Shown piece by piece: positions 1 through 10,664 of a stretch of 64,000 nt of DNA (position 1 is the stretch's first letter; each line of letters starts with the position of its first letter). A program made the position numbers and the translations under genes. Location: the IMG/VR virus record IMGVR_UViG_3300007511_001999, positions 1,464-65,463 of that record; one strand, given 5' to 3'. The DNA is from a virus (lineage: Duplodnaviria; Caudoviricetes). The notes under the pieces were generated by a model, which was not told the origin of the DNA, searched no databases, and saw only the letters and a program-made list of their open reading frames with translations.

Positions 1-91
1 AATCAATATGATCGCAGACGAGCATCTCGCCTCCATGATCTAATATTGTATAACCAGTGATACTGGTTGAAATATCCAGTCCTAAAATCAT
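1..91 (-). CDS. RuvC-like Holliday junction resolvase, N-terminal part (runs off window edge)
   Basis: Not in the ORF track. ATG at 91-89 overlaps the upstream TAA (TAATG). Translates MILGLDISTSITGYTILDHGGEMLVCDHID, the RNase H-fold/RuvC beta1 motif hLGhD-x-S-x3-G. Confidence 0.75.
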   Translation of the reverse strand, partial: MILGLDISTSITGYTILDHGGEMLVCDHID

Positions 92-1389
92 TAAATATCA
101 ATTTTGAGTTTGAACGTAAAGTCTCGCTCCGCGGTCTTTTTAACCGGTGTGGCAGGCTTAGCTATAGCAATCAAGTTTTCGTCCTTGTCAAAAATTCCAA
201 TCTTTGAAACATAGGTCGTTTTCACAAACGACCCAGTAGGATCATTATAGGACGAAGAGACAACATTTTTAATAACTCTTTTTTGATCTTGTAAATAACC
301 AGTGGATGCAGTCAAGACATGACTAGCAGTAGAAAACTGAAGATAGGTGGGATTATTCGAGTGATTTAGTTCTCCTTTGGGGAGAGTAGCAAACATTGTC
401 AGAGACTGAATTGGTTCGCTGCCGCTCATTTCTATTGTAAAGGTGCTTTTAGGAGGAGCAACGCCGGTCTCCTGGGCGCCGGCAGCAAAGTAAGTCCACG
501 CGGGGCTAATCGCTGAGCCGCCAGTGTATGTGTCTGTACAGGCATCACCGCCCGTGCCAGCATCCGGTGCGAGGTTATAGGCCCCTGTTAAAATTAACAT
601 CCCCTCGTTGTAGAGAGCAAGACCAATAACTGTGCCGGTCCGTGGGCCAGTCGTCTCATATAACAGGCCATTTTGCGCGGTGTCTTGTGCGCGCGCAATA
701 AGAGTGCCCGTAAAATAGAACTTAAGATCGACAGTTCCTTTTTTAATATTCTTTCCATAAAAGATACTAGGAACACTCACGAGGCCGAGGTTAATACTAT
801 CGAAGCTCCGCGCGGTGTTGGAATACGCAAACTCGGGGCTTATATAATTATAATAATTTATGACGTTCTTAAGCGCTCGGATGCGAGTGACCGACGCTGC
901 AGTGCTTACTGCGATGCCCGTACCGGAGGTCTTGTCAAATGTGGCGGGTGTGTAGCGCGCATCTGAGGATGCATAATAGGTCTTTTTAATCGACGCACTC
1001 AAGGGATACGAACCGTACATGATGTCGCCCGGGCTTGTACTATTAAAACTAGCCTTGGTGGTAGTACGGAAGGTCATACGAGAACCTTCCTTAGAAATCC
1101 ATGGTCGAATCAGCTTATTGTTTAAAACGCCGTTCGGGCCAAATGTGCGAGGGGTCGGGGCAGCATCGGGACCAGCAGAGCTGCTCTCATGACGATCGAC
1201 GTTCAATTCATAAAGACTTACTCCGCCCGAACTGAGAAGATTAAGCGAGCTTGTAAGTGACCCGGAAATACTGGGGGCGTCATTGTAGAATGCGCCGCCT
1301 TGAAATATCGTAAATTTTACTTCAGGATAAGTCTTGATCGTGTTGACGTAAACATCATTACTTTTGAACTTATGGAAGAATAGAGACAT
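91..1389 (-). CDS. Virion structural protein with a C-terminal tail-collar/gpH-like segment
   Basis: 432 aa. C-terminus KIGIFDKDENLIAIAKPATPVKK resembles the P2 gpH N-domain segment ELGLYDDAGTLIAVA. Paralog of 1398..2591 (shared IKKGxxxL, G-x-YxxG and NxSxNPTY motifs). Confidence 0.65.
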   Translation of the reverse strand: MSLFFHKFKSNDVYVNTIKTYPEVKFTIFQGGAFYNDAPSISGSLTSSLNLLSSGGVSLYELNVDRHESSSAGPDAAPTPRTFGPNGVLNNKLIRPWISKEGSRMTFRTTTKASFNSTSPGDIMYGSYPLSASIKKTYYASSDARYTPATFDKTSGTGIAVSTAASVTRIRALKNVINYYNYISPEFAYSNTARSFDSINLGLVSVPSIFYGKNIKKGTVDLKFYFTGTLIARAQDTAQNGLLYETTGPRTGTVIGLALYNEGMLILTGAYNLAPDAGTGGDACTDTYTGGSAISPAWTYFAAGAQETGVAPPKSTFTIEMSGSEPIQSLTMFATLPKGELNHSNNPTYLQFSTASHVLTASTGYLQDQKRVIKNVVSSSYNDPTGSFVKTTYVSKIGIFDKDENLIAIAKPATPVKKTAERDFTFKLKIDI

Positions 1390-1397
1390 TCCATGTC

Positions 1398-2591
1398 CTA
1401 ATAATCCAAGCGTACCCTAACCGTAAACTCATTTGATGGGTCCTTCTTCATTGGTTCTGAAAGCTTTGCGACAGCCAACAATTCGTTGTCGGGTGAATAC
1501 AATCCTACAGAGGTTGCATATGATACCGGAGTATCTTGAGAGTTGTTCTTCACAACCAGCTTACTTGCGCTCAAGTAGGTGGGGTTGGAAGAGTAGTTAA
1601 ACTCATTATGATTGGCCCGGCAGAAATAAATGGTAGAATTCAGCTCGGTTGTGTTGTTGAACTGAACATTATAAATACGGTGCCTTAACACATCACAGGT
1701 TCCAGAAATTGCCGAAGCACTAAGCGAACAAGTAATATCATTTGTTCCACTTACCATGGGAAGAGCTGGGCCGGCGCCATTGGGAGAGAGCATCGTGCCC
1801 ATGAGAGAACAGGACAGAAGGCCTGTACCAGTGCCGACGTAAGAGCCGCCTTTCACATTGGTCGGCGTGGCGCCGTTATATGATCCAGAAAAAATAGAAG
1901 CAGTAATAACTACAATTCCAGCCTGATAATAAATCAGGCCGGCCTTAATGTCAGTTGTGCTAGTGAGGACATCTGCTCCGCCGGTGATCAGCGCATCGTT
2001 CTTAAGATTTGCGCCGACAACATTGTTGGCATACAGAATTCCATATTCGCCGGCTGGAGAGTTTACCTTATACTGTGTGGCGCCTGACAAATCCTGTAAG
2101 ACCACACGCGCACCAAATGGGTTGGCTACCGAGGCAGTTGTCCCAAGTTCTAGACTAAAGCTTCCCTTTTTGATTTCATCCTTCTGAAGCAGTCTGGTGA
2201 AATTCAGGAAGAACGCTTCCCTAATCTTTGTGCCACCGGTAAGGTCGCCGTCTTCGTCAAACTGACGAACTGATCCTGTTTCATCGAAGCCAACAAGAAC
2301 CTGGGCAAGCTCGTTATAAATATTCTGCTTCTTGGCATTGTTGAGAAACCCAGAGCCAGAAAGCTGTGAGCCAGAAGCAAAGCCAAACGTTATATCAAAA
2401 ATATGATTTGCCGACGAACTTAAATAAGGGTAATCATAAACTGATTGGAAAATTCCATGGGAATAGTTCTTAATGTTGAGGTCATTATACGTGCCAGAGA
2501 CAATTGTTCCCGTCATAGGGATCGCTTCGTGGAGCATGGTCCTCGTTGAAACAACGTCTTTGGAGCGTAAAGTCTTAAATGTGGTAGCCAT
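1398..2591 (-). CDS. Virion structural protein, paralog of 91..1389
   Basis: 397 aa. Motifs EIKKGSF, GLIYYQAG, FNYSSNPTY, SVGLYSPDNELLAVAKLSEPMKK. SD-like AGAAGGA upstream. Confidence 0.65.
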   Translation of the reverse strand: MATTFKTLRSKDVVSTRTMLHEAIPMTGTIVSGTYNDLNIKNYSHGIFQSVYDYPYLSSSANHIFDITFGFASGSQLSGSGFLNNAKKQNIYNELAQVLVGFDETGSVRQFDEDGDLTGGTKIREAFFLNFTRLLQKDEIKKGSFSLELGTTASVANPFGARVVLQDLSGATQYKVNSPAGEYGILYANNVVGANLKNDALITGGADVLTSTTDIKAGLIYYQAGIVVITASIFSGSYNGATPTNVKGGSYVGTGTGLLSCSLMGTMLSPNGAGPALPMVSGTNDITCSLSASAISGTCDVLRHRIYNVQFNNTTELNSTIYFCRANHNEFNYSSNPTYLSASKLVVKNNSQDTPVSYATSVGLYSPDNELLAVAKLSEPMKKDPSNEFTVRVRLDY

Positions 2592-2603
2592 CTTTTATCC
2601 TTC

Positions 2604-3557
2604 TTAGGTCGATCTCACGAATCGAATGGGAATATCAATTCGATAACCAGTGTTAACACCTGTCACTCGAACGGTCGTATCAATGAAACGATAGTTACCA
2701 GATGAAAGGTTTGTACCAGCATCGTTGGACAAGGCCGACGTTGCAAGCGTACCCAGCTGTGTAAATAAATAGTCGCTGGTGCGAAGTTCGAGACTCGACA
2801 TGATTCTAAATCCGAGTTTCGTGCCGCGTGGGCCGGCAATAGAAGAGTCTTCTGTTCCTCCTAGGTTGGCCACAAAACCGTTAGTATTACGAAGTGTAAA
2901 GTAATAAGAAGCGATATTGTCGTCATCGATAAAGGAGGGGGTGGCAGCAGGGCTCTGAGTGTCTGTTTCGAGAACTGTGTTGGAGACACCGCTGGGGGGA
3001 GGGAATATGGAGCCGAAGCGATTATCAACCTCAACGATATACGCCACTTCCACAAGATCACGTGCTAGAGGCTCCTCATTGGAAAGCTCTGTCGTATCAA
3101 GCCCCTGGTGTACCTCGACGCGGGAAACATCGTCATTTGGCTTAAACCCGTTGAGAATACCAGTACCCGGCGTTACCAAGGTATCCACGGTGTTCTTATC
3201 AACGGCAACGTTAAAGGCACCATTTGCATTCTTCGCAGAGCCTTTCCCAGCTGTCGTATAAAGTTCAAGAACCGGTAGATATAAAATATCGTTGCGGTTA
3301 ATGGATATCAACTTCGACTTCATTGTCGACGTGTTGTTGGTAAATGCTTCTAAGACGGGAGTTTGAAGCAGTGTCAAATCATAATACGCGGAGCCGCTAG
3401 TGTTGTTTTTATCGTAGAGCCCGTAGTCCATCTCATCATCGCCTAAGGCGAACTTAGAAATTTTGAAACTGCCATCTCCCTTGGCTAGCCTCATCCTTCC
3501 GGTATCAGTTAAAACGGCATCAAGTATGATGTCGCCATCGTTTTGCAAGAATCCCAT
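2604..3557 (-). CDS. Virion structural protein with an N-terminal gpH-like segment
   Basis: 317 aa. N-terminus AVLTDTGRMRLAKGDGSFKISKFALGD resembles the start of tail-collar/gpH domains. SD GGAGAGG upstream. Confidence 0.6.
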   Translation of the reverse strand: MGFLQNDGDIILDAVLTDTGRMRLAKGDGSFKISKFALGDDEMDYGLYDKNNTSGSAYYDLTLLQTPVLEAFTNNTSTMKSKLISINRNDILYLPVLELYTTAGKGSAKNANGAFNVAVDKNTVDTLVTPGTGILNGFKPNDDVSRVEVHQGLDTTELSNEEPLARDLVEVAYIVEVDNRFGSIFPPPSGVSNTVLETDTQSPAATPSFIDDDNIASYYFTLRNTNGFVANLGGTEDSSIAGPRGTKLGFRIMSSLELRTSDYLFTQLGTLATSALSNDAGTNLSSGNYRFIDTTVRVTGVNTGYRIDIPIRFVRST

Positions 3558-3574
3558 ATCTTTTCCTCTCCTAT

Positions 3575-3582
3575 TAAATAGT
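3575..3582 (-). promoter_or_regulatory. Candidate phage late-promoter element ACTATTTA
   Basis: Lies in a 44-bp AT-rich intergenic gap just upstream of the SD. Similar octamers precede other structural genes. Confidence 0.35.
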
Positions 3583-3601
3583 TACGAAATACTAATTGTT
3601 C

Positions 3602-4921
3602 CTACGGATTAGTAACTCCCGTATTTTTCACTGTAATGTTCAGATCGAACTTCTTTCCAGTTTTGGCACTGGTCACTCTAATTTTAAATTTCTTCTGCCA
3701 GACGGATTCTCCGTCTTCCTCTATATATCCTAACACATTTGAAGGCGGTAAATCAGTTAATTTTATATTTTGTGGTTTTTCCTTCACTTCATTTGTCTCG
3801 TTAAAAGCGGTCCGATTGAAGACAGCTTGTTGTAGTGCTGGTGCTATATAAAGAAAGCGTCGCCCGGGCAGCTTAATCGTTTTGGGGGCGGGTTCGCTCA
3901 TGTCTACAACGCTCAGAATATAAGATATTTGACCATTATTATCAACCATCTCAATCTGAAATATCTCTGTGGGGTTAGAGATGTTACCATGAATATCAAT
4001 ACCACGTACGCAATAATAATACTTCACATTCGGACTAATTGAACTGATATATGTTGCCGGTGCCGAGGGCTTGTTGGGCGCTATCATTTCACTTACAGTG
4101 GCAATCGGATTATTCTCTGTATTAAAATCTGCATAAGAAGTTGGTTTGTTTGTGGTCCTAAAGATCTGATATGTAGTTATTGGGTCGTCGCTTTTATAAT
4201 TCAGAGTAACCGGCGTTTCTTCTAGAAATGCGCGCACAGACTGGTGTGAAACCGAGACTTTAAGTTGAGAATACAACTCCTCAATTAAAAACGTTGTGTC
4301 CGCGTCTTTAATAATAACGGGCGCCAGATCTAAATTCCCCATGTTTCCATCAAGTAATAGCAAAATTTTATTGCTTATCCCCATAAATGGTACGAACACC
4401 ACATCCGGGGCGATAGGAGGCTTATCAGTAATCATAGTGGTTTGAGACCAATATGGCAGAGTGGTTGCTCTCACACTATTATCATTACTGTAGGTGATCG
4501 TTGCGGCCGGGTACTTTGGCTCTTCGGGCTGGAACGTGGCTGATCCATGGGGTCCGGAGCGAAGAGCAATCTTAAACTTATGAAGAGCCGCCTCTTGCGG
4601 AGGGCGGATAGGATAGGTTCGCCGGAACTCAAATCTAATGGTGGCCTGCCCGGCAGTTGGTGGACTATAAGTCTCAGAGGACGGAATCAGGGTAGGTACG
4701 ACCTCGTATAAGTTTTCAGTCTGACCGTCGCCATCATCCCATGATTCCTCAAAAAGCTCATTAATTTCATCTACCAAGGCTTGGAGCGTCATATACTTGC
4801 CAGTTGTGTCTCCCTCGTCATCCCACGCACGCGCGATGGGTCCTGCGGAAAATGAATTATAGTGCCTGCCATCAAAATATTCTTCGATGTCCAGATACCA
4901 ATTAATTGATTTAATTGCCAT
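3602..4921 (-). CDS. Hypothetical structural protein with an FN3/Ig-like segment
   Basis: 439 aa. PPIAP...YQIFR...ISPNVKYYYCVRGIDIHGNIS resembles the FN3 pattern. Located in the structural module. Confidence 0.55.
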   Translation of the reverse strand: MAIKSINWYLDIEEYFDGRHYNSFSAGPIARAWDDEGDTTGKYMTLQALVDEINELFEESWDDGDGQTENLYEVVPTLIPSSETYSPPTAGQATIRFEFRRTYPIRPPQEAALHKFKIALRSGPHGSATFQPEEPKYPAATITYSNDNSVRATTLPYWSQTTMITDKPPIAPDVVFVPFMGISNKILLLLDGNMGNLDLAPVIIKDADTTFLIEELYSQLKVSVSHQSVRAFLEETPVTLNYKSDDPITTYQIFRTTNKPTSYADFNTENNPIATVSEMIAPNKPSAPATYISSISPNVKYYYCVRGIDIHGNISNPTEIFQIEMVDNNGQISYILSVVDMSEPAPKTIKLPGRRFLYIAPALQQAVFNRTAFNETNEVKEKPQNIKLTDLPPSNVLGYIEEDGESVWQKKFKIRVTSAKTGKKFDLNITVKNTGVTNP

Positions 4922-4927
4922 TTTCTA

Positions 4928-7645
4928 TTACTTCCCAAACTGCATTTTATTGCCGCGCTTGCCTTTGCCGCCGGTAAACGTAGTGGCAGTACTCGACCGC
5001 TGCTCTCGATTGGACGTTCCCAATATCTCTTTTAGAAGAGGGTTGGTTAAGTCGGTATTTTTACGCTCTGGGGCAAACGGCACCACCACCTGCATCAACT
5101 CTCTCACCTTGTTGTCGATCGTATTATAGATTTGGCGAGCCGCTAAAGATCGACTATCAGTGGCGCCGACCGAGCTTTGGCCGGAACCTTGGGCTATCGG
5201 AGTTAGTCCGTCTCGCGACTGGCGCATATGAGCCAAAGAACCATTAACGCTAGCCTGGTTGCCCTCTTCCAAAAGCCGCTCAAGTTTAGTAACGATTTCG
5301 TTAATAGTGGAGTCCAAATCTCCTTGGCCTCCGGAGCTGTCGCCTGTCATGATATTGATGGCCTGCTGGTAAAGAGTGATTGGATCTTGTTCGTTAGGGG
5401 GCGCATCGACGAAGGCTTGCGTGGAGACCCCAGAGGGATTTGTTTCAACTTCTGGTATGGTGATTGCATATGCAGTCATTCCTCCATCGCCGGCGCCGTT
5501 TGTACCATAACCCGCATGGAGTTCTACAGTCAGCCCGGAAAGGTCAATACTCTTTGCGCGGATTGATTGATAATATCTACCCAACGAAGAGTTTTTGGCG
5601 CTAGCTCGGTTGGCCGGCACTTTTCGGTCCGCGACGAGCGCATTAGAGCTTGCTGCAGGCAATTTAAATATAAAATGGCCCTGCTGAACTGAGGCAGGAA
5701 TCTGCTCTGTACCCGGCTTTAGGTACTCATATTCCTGTGTTGCGTCGAGGCCGTTAACTGTTGTCGCCAGGGTACCAACGGCTTGATCGTTGTAGAAGCC
5801 TAGGGCATTTCCGATCGCTTTCCCTTGGCCGATTTTCTTGGCGCCGAAGTCAAAACTAATACCGTCATAGGAGTAGTTGTTACCGAATATCATGCGAACC
5901 TGTTTTACGTCGTACGAATATCGAACCCCATAACGCACCTGTGTATCTAGGTATCGAATCAGATCGCCGTAGACCACGTCCTTAGATACCATAATGGTCT
6001 GAATTATCGGGCTCGGAGTTTCCCTGCCGGGGATGACCTCTCTCTTTTCTATTAGATACATTAAGGTCTCTCCGGGAGAGGGCTTGTTTTGGAAGACCTC
6101 TTTCAGACTGCGGAGGCGGTCGTCGAGGGCATCCTCAAGTTCTCGACTGTTTGCCACCTTAACTGCATCTTTAATATTTATTTTGAACAATTCTTCTTTT
6201 TCCCATTCGCGCAGAACTGTATAGTTGGAGTCCTCAGCCATTTCTTCCTTAGATTCGTTATATACATCAAGAAGATAATCCAATTCTCTATTTTTTAAGG
6301 CTTCTAGGAAATGGTCTATGTCACAAACGACCTCACTCATGCCGCTCATAGAGGCTATCTCTCGGTCGCGACGCCCAGAAGCGTCAACAGCTTTCCTTGT
6401 AAAGCTCTCGTATCCTGTATCGAAGACGTCGTCTCCTGTGCGCATATTTTCCATAATGTATAGTTGCAGAAAAACAATAAAACTGCGTACGTGATCGGCA
6501 TCTAACTTGGAAGCGAACAAAGACGTAAAGAAAGATTGGGCCCCCGGGGTAGCATCAACCCCCAACACATCGTCCCGATCAAACCCGATGATTACCTCAT
6601 TATAGAAAGGATAAAACGCAGTCGACTTGATATCATCAGAGGTATCGTTAGGGGTGCCCCGGTCGTCACGAACATTATATTTCTTTAAAATATCCAAATC
6701 AGGATAGAGGATCGCGATGTTCTTAAACCGAGCTTCGAAAGTGTCCTTAATACCTTTAAGCGCCCCATTTAGAGTCACTGTGTCTAGGATCTTTGAGAAT
6801 TGTTGGAAATATGCCTTTCCGGATTCTGGACTGGCTTGGGTCTGATCTAAGAACCATACATCCATTTGGGGGCCGTCTTCTTCAGCACCAATTTGATTTA
6901 AGGTAAGCTGATCTGTGTAGTTTACGCTGGCAGTGTTCACAATATCTGATTCTAACATATACAGGTTGGGCAATAGAAGTTCCACGCCGCGGCCAGCTTT
7001 GGATACAACCGATTCATAGGGAGGACTCGTATCAAGATAGAAATTATAAAATGAGTTAACTGCTACATTATAATTACTTTTATCTAGGGCAGCTTGATTT
7101 TTGGGCGGGCTGCGATACAAAGTAACGTGATCAGAGTATTCGACGCCCACATTCACAACGGGGGATATTTCGACTTCGTTTCCATTAAAATTCCTATAGT
7201 AGTGTTGATAATAAGAAGTTTTACCAATATTACCGGCCATGTATTGATAAAAGTTAGGATCTCCAGAAGTCGCGCCGGTCTTCGGCTTTAATAAATAACT
7301 GTGCAGTTTCTTCCTTGTTTCACCACTTCCGCGGCTGGCCCGAGACCACCCTTGGGCGTCTGCTGTCACAGTAAAAGAGGAGTTTGTGAACCGCCCTCCC
7401 AGTATCATGCTGAGCGGTCGCGGAACGGTGCGAGCCAATTTAGAAAGATTAACCATATATGGATATTGCGAATTCGCGTTTTTGGCAAAATAATACCCTT
7501 GGGCTCCTCGGAATTTATCCGCGGTTCCCCAGGAATCCCGAACAAGCGGGTGTAAATAATAGTCACCCTCTTGTTTTCCATAACGCGAGCGGATTCCTAT
7601 AGCGTTCGTATCAACCAAAAGGATATCATTTTGATATGCACTCAT
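4928..7645 (-). CDS. Hypothetical structural protein
   Basis: Long ORF. Likely start MSAYQND at 7645, 2 nt after the upstream stop. Contains FN3-like YLDTQVRYGVRYSY. Confidence 0.6.
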   Translation of the reverse strand: MSAYQNDILLVDTNAIGIRSRYGKQEGDYYLHPLVRDSWGTADKFRGAQGYYFAKNANSQYPYMVNLSKLARTVPRPLSMILGGRFTNSSFTVTADAQGWSRASRGSGETRKKLHSYLLKPKTGATSGDPNFYQYMAGNIGKTSYYQHYYRNFNGNEVEISPVVNVGVEYSDHVTLYRSPPKNQAALDKSNYNVAVNSFYNFYLDTSPPYESVVSKAGRGVELLLPNLYMLESDIVNTASVNYTDQLTLNQIGAEEDGPQMDVWFLDQTQASPESGKAYFQQFSKILDTVTLNGALKGIKDTFEARFKNIAILYPDLDILKKYNVRDDRGTPNDTSDDIKSTAFYPFYNEVIIGFDRDDVLGVDATPGAQSFFTSLFASKLDADHVRSFIVFLQLYIMENMRTGDDVFDTGYESFTRKAVDASGRRDREIASMSGMSEVVCDIDHFLEALKNRELDYLLDVYNESKEEMAEDSNYTVLREWEKEELFKINIKDAVKVANSRELEDALDDRLRSLKEVFQNKPSPGETLMYLIEKREVIPGRETPSPIIQTIMVSKDVVYGDLIRYLDTQVRYGVRYSYDVKQVRMIFGNNYSYDGISFDFGAKKIGQGKAIGNALGFYNDQAVGTLATTVNGLDATQEYEYLKPGTEQIPASVQQGHFIFKLPAASSNALVADRKVPANRASAKNSSLGRYYQSIRAKSIDLSGLTVELHAGYGTNGAGDGGMTAYAITIPEVETNPSGVSTQAFVDAPPNEQDPITLYQQAINIMTGDSSGGQGDLDSTINEIVTKLERLLEEGNQASVNGSLAHMRQSRDGLTPIAQGSGQSSVGATDSRSLAARQIYNTIDNKVRELMQVVVPFAPERKNTDLTNPLLKEILGTSNREQRSSTATTFTGGKGKRGNKMQFGK

Positions 7646-7646
7646 T

Positions 7647-10600
7647 TTATTCGTCCATCTCCGCGCCAACCTCAGAAAGTCCCGTTGGGCGCCGACCATA
7701 AAGTTTCACAAACCTTCGATCTGCTTTTGAGCGGCGCCAATTCCAGCCGCGGCCTCTCCAGGCTTTTCTCTTAGCATCCCACTCGTTTTGAGCGATTTGA
7801 ACAGCCGTAAGGGCCGGCTTGGGGGGTATAAATGTCGCGAATACCATACCCGGAGAGCTGTAGTATTCGGCGCCGTAGTCTGCCTCAGGGCGGTTGATAT
7901 TAATAACTGGGCTTTTGTCTAAGCTCTGTAGGCGCCGATGATAGGATCTCTGTCGCATGTTGAAGGTAGGCTTCACCATTTGTGGCTTTTCCAGAAAATC
8001 TTGTCCGATAGTAAACAAGTAATTAAAAGGAGGCAGCTCATAGGAATTTCCCGGGGATGTCATAGGGGGACACCTCTTCAGGCGACAAAGAATTGTGCCT
8101 CCGGACTCTTCCATTTCCTTTAGTCGTCCCTGTGAAAGGGTCGACCAATTGGGGCGGCGAATATCGTTTCTCTCGTATCCATCTAAAAATTCCACTCTCC
8201 TCAAGGAATTGTAATTTATGTCTCTCTCAAAAGAGTTAAGATTTAAGAACTCCACAGCATTCTGTACCACCCGGGCAAGCGCTAACGAGCCTTGTATAAA
8301 AGTGGTTCGGGTGGGCCTAGGCGGCCTAAAATCCTGCGAGACACCATCCAAAAGTTTTTCAGATAAAGGGCCCTCTAGGGCTCGAACGAGGCTCCTATTA
8401 AATTGTAAACTGGAGATCGGAGAGTCCGAACTAGCACTGATCCTGCTTTCGTTGGGCCCTATCTCAGCTGACGCTGAGGGTGCAAAATAATCAAGTGCGG
8501 GGGAGGTCTTTTGGTCAATGGCCGGTCGTTTTCGGGAATCAACAAAAGAACCAAGGTTTTCGCGGAGTGGCTGCATAGTAATTCCTGCCGAGCCCTGAAT
8601 CCCTTGCATCTTGGCTAACTTAACGTCCAGATCTGCGACGGCGCCATCAGAAGCAAAAAGATTAATGCCTGGATTAACATTGTTATCTAACATGACCAGA
8701 CCATCTGAGAGTTCAAGGCCAGATCTACCCACGCTTTGCACCTCATAAGGAGTATAAATATTATAGGGAGACAAAAAACCAAACTTATTGATCTCAGGAA
8801 CATTAGGGTTTCCCACTCCATATTTATTAAGTTCCCGATTAATTCTCGTAATAAATGCTTCAGAACTAATCGTTGGGAAGCCATGGGCCGGCTCGCTGGA
8901 AAGTGTTCCTGCTCCCAAATAATCAAACCCCACACTATTCTCGGTATTTTTTAGTACACGTCGAGGAATATGGGTGTATTCAATCCGTTTTATCAGGTTT
9001 TGTGTGGTGCCGAGCGTCGAGCGCGCGTTGAACTTCGCTTCGCTTCGACCAGTCGGGGATGCTGATATCAAGTAGTCTAGATCATTAACATATCCCTTGA
9101 TAACTTCTACGAACCGCTGCATGGACGACTCTGTGGCACTCATGGGATTAATCATCGTTATCAAATTTTTCTTCCACACCTCCGCCGACTGTTCCCCGAA
9201 GCCATCTTGACCAAACAAAAACCATATAGAAGATAAAAATTCATTTATTAACTTAAGCCATGAGTCATCGCTCTTAATTACTTTTGCATTCACTCTCAAA
9301 TATTCTTCAATATCAAAGTTCTTCTTTCCTAAGCCTTCGAAGTTTGACATAAACGCCTGAAATTCCGTGAGGCATGACTGGAGCCCCTGGACTACATTGC
9401 TTATCGCAACGGCCGTGTGGTCTACAAATTCAAAATTAAGAGTGTATTCATAGATGTTTATTTCATTCTCTTTCATTTTCGTGTCGTTGATGAGAAAATT
9501 TACAAAATTATCGTTAGCCGTATCAAAAGGAACAATATTGCCCTTTTGGAGATCTGCAATAGCAACCGGAGATTCAAACGTTTTAGATTGGTCTTCTGCT
9601 GTTAATTGGCTGGCGAGTTTTGATCCTTCGTCGGGGCGCGATCTTTTGTGTCTAAAGACGGTGATATTGCTCACGGAGTAACAAGACCGAAGGGATGCTT
9701 TATTCGTAAAAACATTTGCTAACCTACAGTGATCATTAATAAAAGCATCATAATCCATTGCAAGCCATAATTTAAATTCGCCAGAAGTAGTGCGCGAATA
9801 ATGAAGGCGCGAAAAATATCTTTTTCCAACAGTTTGACGGAATCTCTCGAAATTCCGCCTATTAGTCTTGTTGACGTTTTCCGCGTTAGATACAAAGTTA
9901 TTTAAATTTAAACTCTCAACAGCTTTTAGCAAGCGCAAATCACGGACCTTTTGGTTGCTGACCAACGTGCGAATCAGTTTGGGCGATCGACCACCCTCGC
10001 CGGGTCTTTGACCAGCATAGTAATCGGCGCCCTGGCGATGTACTGGGCCTGGCCAAACATCTCCCCTTTCTCCCACCTCCTCGGATGATGCGGCTAAAGT
10101 GAACAGATAGGTAGTGGAACTTGCCTTACCGCGAGTCATGATTGTCTCAATAACCGGAGAGCTCACTTGAAACCTCTTAGACCGCGGGATGGCGGCTTTG
10201 TTGAGGTCGGAGCTTTCGCTATCCAACTCATACGCTACACAATAAAGCCAGAGATCTTGCTCTTCAGTTAAGTATATGTCTACATTTATTGGCACTTCGC
10301 GGGTAACAACGCCGGCGCCAGTATCCTTGTTGGTGACGTGTTTTATTGTTCCGTCTGTAACAAAATCCTCAATCCCAATATACTTCTTAATCATACTCGA
10401 TTTCGTAGCTGGGCTGTTTTGGTTGGCGATCTCATAACGAAGCGCGGACTCTTTATCTTTGAGGTTGTTGACTACACTTTCATCATTAATGAGGGCCACA
10501 AAAAGCCCAAACGGACGACCATCTTCTTTTGCGATAGACTGAAGACTCAGATTTATCTTGAGCTGAGCCATGGTTGTGTCGTCGGCCGTTCCCAGTATTT

Positions 10601-10664
10601 CTACGCTCTTAACCAGCGGCAACGGAATGGGGGACTCGAATGCTTTGGTTGCTATATTTCCCAT
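7647..10664 (-). CDS. Hypothetical structural protein (1005 aa)
   Basis: Long ORF coupled to the upstream stop (TGATG). Basic, Trp/Arg-rich C-terminal segment. Confidence 0.6.
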   Translation of the reverse strand: MGNIATKAFESPIPLPLVKSVEILGTADDTTMAQLKINLSLQSIAKEDGRPFGLFVALINDESVVNNLKDKESALRYEIANQNSPATKSSMIKKYIGIEDFVTDGTIKHVTNKDTGAGVVTREVPINVDIYLTEEQDLWLYCVAYELDSESSDLNKAAIPRSKRFQVSSPVIETIMTRGKASSTTYLFTLAASSEEVGERGDVWPGPVHRQGADYYAGQRPGEGGRSPKLIRTLVSNQKVRDLRLLKAVESLNLNNFVSNAENVNKTNRRNFERFRQTVGKRYFSRLHYSRTTSGEFKLWLAMDYDAFINDHCRLANVFTNKASLRSCYSVSNITVFRHKRSRPDEGSKLASQLTAEDQSKTFESPVAIADLQKGNIVPFDTANDNFVNFLINDTKMKENEINIYEYTLNFEFVDHTAVAISNVVQGLQSCLTEFQAFMSNFEGLGKKNFDIEEYLRVNAKVIKSDDSWLKLINEFLSSIWFLFGQDGFGEQSAEVWKKNLITMINPMSATESSMQRFVEVIKGYVNDLDYLISASPTGRSEAKFNARSTLGTTQNLIKRIEYTHIPRRVLKNTENSVGFDYLGAGTLSSEPAHGFPTISSEAFITRINRELNKYGVGNPNVPEINKFGFLSPYNIYTPYEVQSVGRSGLELSDGLVMLDNNVNPGINLFASDGAVADLDVKLAKMQGIQGSAGITMQPLRENLGSFVDSRKRPAIDQKTSPALDYFAPSASAEIGPNESRISASSDSPISSLQFNRSLVRALEGPLSEKLLDGVSQDFRPPRPTRTTFIQGSLALARVVQNAVEFLNLNSFERDINYNSLRRVEFLDGYERNDIRRPNWSTLSQGRLKEMEESGGTILCRLKRCPPMTSPGNSYELPPFNYLFTIGQDFLEKPQMVKPTFNMRQRSYHRRLQSLDKSPVININRPEADYGAEYYSSPGMVFATFIPPKPALTAVQIAQNEWDAKRKAWRGRGWNWRRSKADRRFVKLYGRRPTGLSEVGAEMDE

